Shown piece by piece: positions 11,676-20,000 of a DNA stretch of 20,000 bases; the first letter of the stretch is position 1; every line of letters starts with the position of its first letter. Source of the DNA: Catajapyx aquilonaris. Lineage: Eukaryota. Below the pieces are notes generated by a model, which saw only the letters and a list, made by a program, of their open reading frames with translations, did no database searches and was not told the origin of the DNA. Position numbers and translations under genes: made by a program. The stretch lies in assembly GCA_000934665.2 (NCBI GenBank), contig KZ538129.1:118520-138519 (forward strand), in the 5' to 3' direction.

Positions 11676-11842
11676 TGTTCCCTCCTCACGCAGGCCCCAG
11701 TGGTGCTTACAGCCCCGACGGTGCCAGCATGGGCTACATGATGGACGGCCAGGCGCAGATGATGCATCGGCCGCCAGGGGACCCCGCCTTCCACAACGAG
11801 GCCTACCACTACCCGCCCCAGTATTACGGACACCACCTGTAG
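11676..11842 (+). CDS. hth: C-terminal coding exon of homothorax: (V)FPPHAGPSGAYSPDGASMGYMMDGQAQMMHRPPGDPAFHNEAYHYPPQYYGHHL*
   Basis: Closely resembles the insect Hth C-terminus as I recall it (...NRAV.PH.GPSG...MGYMMD.Q..MMHRPPGDP.FH...YYG.HL*). It joins the 7121 exon in phase 1 (G|TG = Val). The stop is TAG at 11840-11842. The first 18 residues of ORF 11621..11842 are intronic. Confidence 0.94.
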
Positions 11843-11847
11843 CACAG

Positions 11848-14051
11848 GTCAGTACCTTAGGGTTACTCCACCACCAGAGACGCTGAAGCTGGCCTCAGCG
11901 CCTCTAGCGGTGAGCCACTGTATGCGGCTGCAGCGCCTCTAGCGGTGGTCTTCTTCCATGTTGGCATGTTATCCTCTTGAAACTATGCCAATTGTTGGCC
12001 AGACCTTTTGAATGCTGCGGAGGCGCCCCTCTTTTATTGCGGAGGATCACGCGATGGAACCGCGCCGTTTTCTTGTCAATTAGCCGCCATGACTTTTGGA
12101 GTCTGCACCGGTCCAAGTGATTAATACCGCTTGTTCACTTCATAAAACTTGCATCCCGGCCGCCATGTTGCATTCGTAATTATCAGCGCGATGTCATTAG
12201 CTTTTATGGGGCTGGTACCGGTTGTCTTTCACGTTGTAAATTGCCAGGGAGAGGAAAAAGGAGTGCGTTGACAACCGCGCCTCTACCGGCCGGTTACACC
12301 AAGTCCGTCAACCCTAACCATGCTGTCAGCCAAGGTATTAGCGTCGTGCCCTAACCAAAAAAGGTGTCCAGCTGACGCGACCCGGCCCTTGGCCAGCTTA
12401 ATTAGAGGAATTAACAATTTGATAGTCCTTGGCCCGACACAAAACCTTCCTTGACAAGGCTTATCTTAGCACGTGTGAAACCTAGGCTACTCTTCTGACA
12501 GGGGTGTAGATCCCCCCCTTTCCAAAAAATGCCTCTTGGCTTAGGAAACACGCTGGGGCAGGTTAGACTCTTTTCGAGTGACACCACGTCAAGAGGCAGA
12601 TTAAGTGGGATCCGGAGGTGAGGTGCTCGCTTCCGGTTGGCTCGCCACAGACTATAGATGCGGGTGTACTAGTAATAATCGCCTCCAGAGACTCATGTCA
12701 GCCCTTTATCGCCACGGTGCTGTCCAACTCCAGCGTGGTCAGTCGAGGCCTTCCCCACCAAAATCCGGGTCGTTCATCAGGAGGATCATAAACGTCTCCT
12801 GGGAGTCGGCCATGTCCTTCATTTGTCAAAAGGATGGCTTTTTACGGGACGGGTTGCGGGAGGGGGGAGGGTTTCAAAGGAGACTGGATGGCGGGCTTGT
12901 AATAAAAAGAGGACCAGTGGTATATAACAGATGGGGGAAGAAAAAATGTTGAGGATGGTATTCGGTTTGTGGAATACCTGCTTGTATGCTGGGGACTACC
13001 CAGGTGGTCTCACGTCTTGCAGGAATTATTGTTACATGTGGAATTCTGGCTGAGCAGCATGTTCGTTGACTTGGAAATATTAGCTCACTAGTGGTGCCAT
13101 CTCGCAACACCACACTGAACTACTGAGCTGTCCTCAATAATATATCTTGAAATAGCGGAAAAATCTTCCCCCTCTCCCATCACTCCTGATATGGCAGTGT
13201 CGGTTGCACATAAAACGGCAGTATTTCAACCGTTCTTCATTTTCGCTTATGGAAAGGAAACGCGGCCGTGACGTAAGGAACAATACTAATAAATCGTGGG
13301 TTTCGGAGCGCATAATCTTAAAGCTATCGCGAGGATCCCCCAAGTGTTAAAAAGTGCGCCACTCCTCTTCTTCTCTCCCAAGTGCCCTCATCTTTCTTCT
13401 CCCAACTTAATAAATTACCGGGTCGACCATTAGCTTAGGCTTGATAGAAAGTTGCCACGCTCCCCCCACCACCCGATCCATGAGATAAGCCAGTTTTCAT
13501 AATTACTATCGCAGGAGCCCCCCTCAGATTTACAGGAAGAAGTGCCATCAGGCTTATCTGGAGTTTGGCGAATATGTACCTTCGGGTTAGGTTGACACTA
13601 GCTTCACCAGTCACAATTGGAAATCAGAAAATACTCTCATTTCCACATAGATACAAATCTAATTATTCATAAATCGACCTGGGTGTGTGTATATTATGTG
13701 GGTATGGCGGTAGGGGCTTGGGAGGAGTGGTTCATATACCTTGGGTGCTTGCCAAATCGTAAACACGTCGGCGGGAAGATGGATTGTACCATAAACGTGT
13801 AAAGAGTGATAGATAATTCGTGAGGCCCCTTTAATGCTCCAGCAGCTTATTATAGTTTCATTACGTTACGTGCCGGTATGAGAAAAAAGCATGTGGAGGA
13901 GCGTAGATAAGGGAGCTGCATTATGCACGTGTTAATTGTTACTGCTGGTGGTTGTTTACATCGCGGTTGGACCTTTTGCAACCAACTGAGCCAATAGCAT
14001 AATCACATGGTGGTCAGTACATAACAATGCTTGTCTTTTCTGCCATTTCAG
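11848..14051 (+). other. hth: Putative intron starting 5 nt after the hth stop codon
   Basis: Donor CAG|GTCAGT at 11847/11848 and acceptor ttgtcttttctgccatttcag at 14031-14051. Base composition is intron-like before the acceptor and UTR-like from about 14280. A second acceptor candidate lies at 14998/15001. Confidence 0.6.
11871..11947. promoter_or_regulatory. 17-bp direct repeat CAGCGCCTCTAGCGGTG (11896-11912 and 11931-11947) plus a related inverted copy CCACCAGAGACGCTG (11871-11885); CTCF-like variant motif
   Basis: The exact duplication is visible in the sequence. Its reverse complement, CCGCTAGAGGCGCTG, is the CTCF core with one G missing. Confidence 0.4.
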
Positions 14052-16660
14052 TGCAGTTGAAGCCTAAGGAAGGGCCTGAAGAAAATAGCTGCAGGTGGTC
14101 CATCACCTTCCTGCACGTTTTGATGAGGGACGGAAGTGACCTCACCCGGAGTGGTGTATCACCTGACCTGGCTGCCCATACAAAACTCGTTGTGTACATA
14201 GTCTTCGCAGAAAGGTCAACTGCTACACCGTCGCTTGGTGCAGAAAAAAAATTTGAGAAGGAGAATCCTAAGGATGGGGATTTAAAAAATTAAAAACCAA
14301 GTAGTTAAAAAAATCGGAGCGAGGGCTGCACCATAGACTCCTGTCGTTCGTCTTGCATTGTGATTCCTTGTACATATATGTTTTCCACTCCCTCTGAACT
14401 GTGACCGCCGATGTGTAAAAAAAAAAAAGTAGAAAACCAAAATCAACAAAAAAAAATTATGTGAAGAAAAAGAAGAGGAATGTGCGACGTCATGCCAAAA
14501 CCAAGGCAGGACCAAAAAAAGGAACATTGGGTGACCGTGTTGGGAAAGACAGGGTAGTGTTGGTTTTCATCTCTGTTTCATCTGTGTCGCCCCCTTACCC
14601 ATACCCCTTATCCACCCCTATGCCCCGTTCTTCTCTGTCTTATTGGCCACGTGACGACTTTGGTGACTCAAGCGTCTTTAAAAATATATATATGTCAGTC
14701 GAAAAAAGACTTGTTTCCGGACATTTCAAGATTGTGGTCTGTAACTATGCGTATGAAAAAAAACACACAAATTTTTTAAGGGTACGGCGTGAAAGATGTT
14801 AACCCGAGCAGGAAGCGGATTTTTTTTTTTGTCTGTGCGCGAAGCAGAATGGTAGTGTTTGTTTCTTTTGTGCTCATACAAAAAAAAAATAATAAAAAAG
14901 AAGCAAGTCTTTAATCCTTTGGAAGTATCTGTTGGTCACCAGCTGGCCAGTGGTTGCCAGGTTGCAAGAGTTTACAGGTAAAAGCCTTCTTCTTACAGCA
15001 GGTTTTCTTCAGACAAATTTATTTATGGATAAGCAGCTTTCGTCAAAAAAATAATATTTATGAATAAACTGGTTTCGTCATTTTCTGTCAAAAGTAACCT
15101 GGCGAAGCTGTAGGACCGATTCTACACCTTTTGTGTGACCAAAGTACTTCGTGTGCTAAAAGAAAAAAAATTGCTGTGTCTCGTGGTTTTTTTCTACATT
15201 TCTTTTTAAATACTCAGGTCAAAGTTCGTTGCCATAATTCCCTTCTTGGACCGAAGAAATCAAGCGAAGTGGTTCCCCCCCGTTGCGTGTACGGACAAAT
15301 TTTTTTCTTGCAATCGTATATAAATATGTAATGTTTCCTCCCACACTCCCATCTAACCCACAATCAAAAATTACTGTGCGAGCACTTCCCCCAACCCACC
15401 CAATTGGCCAAAAACATTGTTGAAGAAAAAAAAAAACCAATGACAATTTTTCGGGCAGTGCTCGGTAAGCAATATGCCCTTCCTCAATTATTGCGTGTTC
15501 ACAATTTTAGAAAATGTAACCTCCCCCGTCCTGCTCCCTACCTCCCCACTCACTGTATTTAAGAAGAAAAAAAAATAATTCTTGCCATTTGAATTATACA
15601 CAATGTACCATACTTGTTTGTATAAGAATGTTTGCGCAGATGTCACGAAAGATGTTTTTGTACTTGTTAGTAAGAGGAAATTTAAGCTTATATGGTTAGC
15701 CATGGTACCTGGTGTCGAAAAAAAAAAGTCCAGGCTTCTAGGCTTATGGAGAGGAGGAATAATTTTTTTTTTCCAAAAAAATAATACACAGTGACCGGAC
15801 GGAACACTTCTACTGTAGTAGTAGGAATGTATAGGCCTACTGTAGTGAACATCTTCGCAGTATTTGTGTACACACACACACTACAACAGATCGACCTCTT
15901 CGTTTTTTGGGGGGGGTTTGAAATTATTTTTTTCAAAAACAAAGTAAAAGCCTGGGTTGTACCGTTTTTTTTTTGCACGATCTCGTGTAAATACGAATTT
16001 GGATAAAAAAGTGTACCGTTCTTTGTTTATGCCACCGAGTTGGGGAGTTGTTGCTGTTCTCTTAACCCTGTCTATCTCAGTTGCTTTTCTGCAAGGGGTC
16101 CTTCTCATGCATTTTTTGGATGTACAATAGGCCTACTATAGTAGATTGGTTATGCTCAATCGCCGTGTAGGCTAACTTATAATTGTTGTGAGCATGAGAG
16201 GGGTACCCTTCTTTTTTGACACCCCCCCCCCCCAATCACCGTCACTCCACTCCGTAGACGACATCTCTTGCAGTGATTTCAGTGTTTGCTATATAAATAT
16301 ATTGTAACTATACCGTGGAGAGAAAGATAAAAAAATATATATCATATGGGCAGCTTTGTAATAACACACCATTTCTGTTGTACAATTTTCATCTGCACAT
16401 ATGCAGTGCAATCTGCTCAAGACAAGACAATTGCTGCATAGGAAAACATTAGTGGTATGTGAAAATCGGAAAGCGAACTGTGACAAATCGCCCTCGTTTC
16501 ATCGGATTCCCCCCAACCCCCATCCCCTCCCCCCCAAAAAATACAGTAGGCTACTTTGGAATACGAAGTCATGACGGATTTCCTCTGTAACTTTTTTGGA
16601 GAATACGCATTAAAATGATGCTGTAACTTGTGTATACCGATGAATTATTTCCATTTTTTT
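14052..16660 (+). other. hth: Putative terminal exon and long 3' UTR of hth; the 3' end is uncertain
   Basis: Follows a strong acceptor and is dense in A and T homopolymer runs and TGTA motifs. Candidate poly(A) signals: AATAAA 14891-14896 and 15063-15068, ATTAAA 16609-16614 followed by GT/T-rich sequence, and AATAAA 17066-17071. Confidence 0.55.
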
Positions 16661-18066
16661 TATACAAAAAACGCACTGGCAATTCGTCTGTATATTTCTC
16701 TAAATTACAGTAGATATTGGCCAGATTTGACCTGGGAGGAGTCTAGCTGATATGGAGGGTGGCCGTGGGGGATGGAGAGGGAGGGGATCGGATAAAAAAA
16801 AATGAGGGAAAAAAGAAGTCTCATTCATTTTGTTCCGTTGTCAGGCCTGAAATTGCTTCCTCTGGGATTCGCTCTCCCAGGCGGGCCCATTTCCCAGTAA
16901 ATCCGGGCTTGGCTGATGAGCACAGTGGGCCAGTGCTGGAATTACGCCGCGCCAGAGGGGATCAGCATCCTAGATGTAGATGGGACGAGGGGACTCAAAT
17001 TGGACGCAGCTACATACCGGATAAGAAGCCATGTCTTCATGCAAAATCAGTGACCAGCTCCTAAAAATAAAATATAGGGACAAACAATACAGGCCAATCC
17101 CACGAGTACAAGATGCGATCTTAGCCCCCTTTTGTGTGTCCAAGAATAAGGGCTAATACATTAAGTAAGGCCCAAGAGCGAATTGAAGCAGCTCGACTAA
17201 AAGTAGGCTCGGGAGGGTAGTGAAGGAAATAATATCCCTCCTTATCAGACTGGTGGAATCGCATGATGCCAGCCTCGACTCAGGGGCGCGGATACTAAAG
17301 GCTACCATTAAGCGTCCACTTCCACAAGTGGGAAGCTTTATTTGCCCGTAACATGCAATAAAAGGCCAAGCTACGAGAGAGCAGCCACTTGCTGACTTCT
17401 ACTCTGCCACCAGCTTGTGTACACAGGTCAACAAATGAAATGCCGGAGGGTTTGATTTGGACATCCCTAGCAAGGTAGGGCGAAATGAGAAGCGTTAATG
17501 GCTCGCAAAATGGAGGTTGGTCAACCACGCTCTAGTGCTGACATCAAATTAGAGAGTATGAGCATGAAATAAGGCTTCTAGTCATAGCGTGCGGTATGAT
17601 GTAAAAATCTTTCATTTTTAAATTGGCAAAAAAAAAACAGGTGGGAAGTGTAATTAAACCTTTGTTGGTCCAAGAGGCGAGCTGATTTTACGGCAAATTT
17701 GTGAGTAGGGTGCTTGTGTGTTCCCTGCCACCATTAAGCAAATGAGTGCGGAACATGAACATTACCAAGGGAGCTCTTACTCTAACGACCATTCCTACGT
17801 GGAAACTCGTGACAAAAGCACTCTTCTTTCTCTCACACACCTGCTCAGTCACTTCCATTGAAATTTACTCATAAACCTTGCGCTTCTTCCCCCCACTAAT
17901 GAACTACCACTTTACCACATTCTTATGTATTTCGTCGCTTCCTCCTACGCTGCACGCATTTTGCACATCTTTTAACTCATTGTTGGAGGTTCATGCATAT
18001 GTAAAGCAAAAACGGGCTAATAGCCGAGGTGCCAAAATTCTACATATTTGCCACTAGCCACCTATA

Positions 18067-18484
18067 CAGGGTGAAGGTGAAACTCGCGGATAATCGCCAG
18101 GGAGACTGATAGTACTCTCAAAACTAATATAGGGATGTGCAATTAGTTCTTGGCTCTGTCGTATAGCTAATGCGTACGGCGGCGTCAAAGTTTCGTGACG
18201 TCACATCCGTTCCGCCCGCTTCAAAGAAGCAAACATCAGCTCGAGGCCCTCCGGTCTCTTGCCTTGGTCCCCTAACACATCGTCCATGTGCAATAGGTGA
18301 TCAAATCCCATCAGAGCAAGAATCCGTGTCGTTTTTACCTCGTATTTTACCATCCGGCCCTCTACACTTTAAAGGCACAGTACGCATTAACTACGCAATT
18401 GAGTTAAAAACTAATTGCACATCCTTATATTAGTTTTACGAGTATACTATAAGTTTACCTGGCGATTGTCCGCGAGTTTCCCTG
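18067..18484. mobile_element. Non-autonomous Tc1/mariner-type DNA transposon (MITE), 418 bp, with imperfect TIRs of about 120 bp and a TA target-site duplication
   Basis: The left end TA|CAGGG...AAACTCGCGGATAATCGCCAGG...AAAACTAATATAGGGATGTGCAATTAGTT...TAATGCGTAC (18067 to about 18191) is the reverse complement of about 18366-18484 (GTACGCATTA...AACTAATTGCACATCCTTATATTAGTTTT...CCTGGCGATTGTCCGCGAGTTTCCCTG|TA). TA occurs at 18065-66 and 18485-86. There is no transposase ORF. Confidence 0.88.
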
Positions 18485-19011
18485 TATAGGTAGTTGTGAA
18501 ATAATTCCACAGGTGGCGTGGATGCACCTGGTGGGATGCTAGAAGGTGTGTAGTCAGTCGTGAGACAGCCAAAGATGAGGCTAGTCTACTAAATATAGAG
18601 CACCGAACGGACACTACAGGTGCAACTTTTTCAGCAGAATTAAGCAGGTTTAAGCCACGATTAAAATCTGACAGTGTCGGCGAGAAAAACACATTAGGAT
18701 TACCTCGCATTGTGATGCCATAATGAGAGGCTATAATCAGAGCAGGCCAGGTGCAAAAGTGTGTGCTTGAGCACTTCTTGCATGCCATCCCTGCATTTTT
18801 TCTTGCCCTTCAACCCACCCATTCTGGCCTGTAAGACCACGCCTATCTCTCTTTTAGCTTGTGGTTCACCTGAGCTTCTCCCCACCAATTTTTAATCAGT
18901 GGGCCTCCGTCGTTAAAATTCCAGCGTCTCGCTTTTCTAGACTCGCCGAAACTCTCTGTGTTGATGAGAACCCAAAACGCAAACATCCCATTAAGATAGG
19001 GTGGGGGGGGG

Positions 19012-19012
19012 N
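19012..19012. other. Ambiguous base or possible assembly join after a poly-G run
   Basis: Single n after the G run at 19003-19011. Sequence character changes abruptly across it. Confidence 0.8.
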
Positions 19013-19437
19013 AAGAGTTAATTTAACTCTTATTGAGTTTTTTTTAACTCTACTTTTTTTAGAGAGTACCGGGGTGAAACACACCAAATTAAATATGGCC
19101 GATACAACAATGGAAATTAAGAAAGTCTTAAAGACTGTCAAAATGTCTCTCACAACTTTGGTTGGGTGAAGGGTTCGTGGCACGGTAGCCACTTACCTGG
19201 ATAGATAAATCGCCGGATGTAACTCCTTGTAGAGGCAATTGAGCAAATAACTCGTTACCCTGAGTTGGCGGGTTACTCGTTACATGAGGCCAGAGGGTGC
19301 GCTGCAGGTGACGGTGTCACACATCTTCTTGGCGTGTACTGCTAAACCTTTCGTGGTTATGGGAAGTGCGTGGATACCTGAAATGTGACCAAAAAAATCA
19401 TACTTGAGTGATATCCTGACACTTAGTCAGCCCAACT

Positions 19438-19510
19438 GACCAGCCATCTTTTCAAATGTTGTCTGACTTATGAGACATAAGTCAGACAACATTTGAAAAG
19501 ATGGCTGGTC
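19438..19510. repeat. Perfect inverted repeat with 35-bp arms and a 3-nt spacer
   Basis: GACCAGCCATCTTTTCAAATGTTGTCTGACTTATG (19438-19472), then AGA, then CATAAGTCAGACAACATTTGAAAAGATGGCTGGTC (19476-19510). Checked base by base. Confidence 0.97.
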
Positions 19511-19624
19511 TTTGGAAACAAATATGACTGTATTACAGTGAAAGAAGGAAGGTCTTTGAAAATAAGTAAGTTGGTTCATTACTCTCAGAGAGATTGGTCT
19601 TCGGTGTTTGCAATAGCGCTAAAT

Positions 19625-19626
<2 letters not shown>

Positions 19627-19709
<83 letters not shown>

Positions 19710-19710
19710 C
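19627..19710. repeat. Microsatellite (AAT)26(AAC)2
   Basis: Read directly from the sequence. It explains the poly-I, poly-N and poly-L ORFs. Confidence 0.98.
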
Positions 19711-20000
19711 GCATGTACGATAAGTACATGTTCAATAGAATCTAGATTTTTGGCACACGAATATTTTTTAAGAATATACTGAAACACAAATTATCACATT
19801 CTTTTACTTATTAGCACACTAATAAGGCTAAAAAATGTAACCTAAATCAAGTATTTTATGTGGTGATTGTTGAATTTTGTGGCGCCCTTTCTTTACAATA
19901 AGTACATGCTGGAGAGAGTGCCAGTATAGAAGTAGAGCAGTGGTCTAGTGGTTAAGACTCTTTTTTTGGAAATTTTTAAGACACCTGCTTAATGGGAGGG

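Noticed and set aside
11840..14067. Stop-codon readthrough of TAG-C
   Set aside because: Both the spliced (X-HSAVEA*) and unspliced (X-HRSVP*) continuations stop within a few codons, and nothing else supports it.
15809..16553. Recurring TAGGCCTAC / CTACTRTAGTAG words in the putative UTR
   Set aside because: They are short quasi-palindromic words, and TAGGCCTA also occurs in the intron (6186, 6928). This looks like a genome-wide compositional habit.
19493..19787. Poly-Ile, poly-Leu and poly-Asn ORFs
   Set aside because: They are artefacts of the (AAT)n microsatellite.
1..20000. Scattered TGACAG/CTGTCA (Hth/Meis) and TGATNNAY (Exd-Hox) sites as evidence of autoregulation
   Set aside because: By-eye counts are only slightly above random expectation (about 10 for a 6mer on both strands of 20 kb).

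Overview
Eukaryotic, most likely arthropod, genomic DNA containing the 3' end of a homothorax/Meis TALE-class homeobox gene on the + strand. Two coding exons are recognisable. The first, 7121-7179 (or 7188), encodes the end of homeodomain helix 3: (W)FINARRRIVQPLIDQSNRA. The second, 11676-11842, encodes a typical arthropod Hth C-terminus (VFPPHAGPSGAYSPDGASMGYMMDGQAQMMHRPPGDPAFHNEAYHYPPQYYGHHL*). Positions 1-7120 and about 7189-11675 are intron. A splice donor 5 nt after the stop codon and a strong acceptor at 14051/14052 suggest a further exon. That exon leads into a long A/T-run-rich 3' UTR, and it is also open for 80 codons in the frame of the homeodomain exon, so it may encode an alternative C-terminus. 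Other features are in-frame tandem donors and acceptors around the post-homeodomain intron, three clusters of CTCF-like motifs, a candidate 15-nt microexon, seed matches to Hox-cluster miRNAs, a 418-bp Tc1/mariner-type MITE, a perfect 35-bp-arm palindrome, a 30-bp minisatellite and an (AAT)26 microsatellite. The remaining ORF-track entries look spurious. No prokaryotic-type system is present, and all splicing and regulatory calls are made by eye and need RNA or comparative confirmation.
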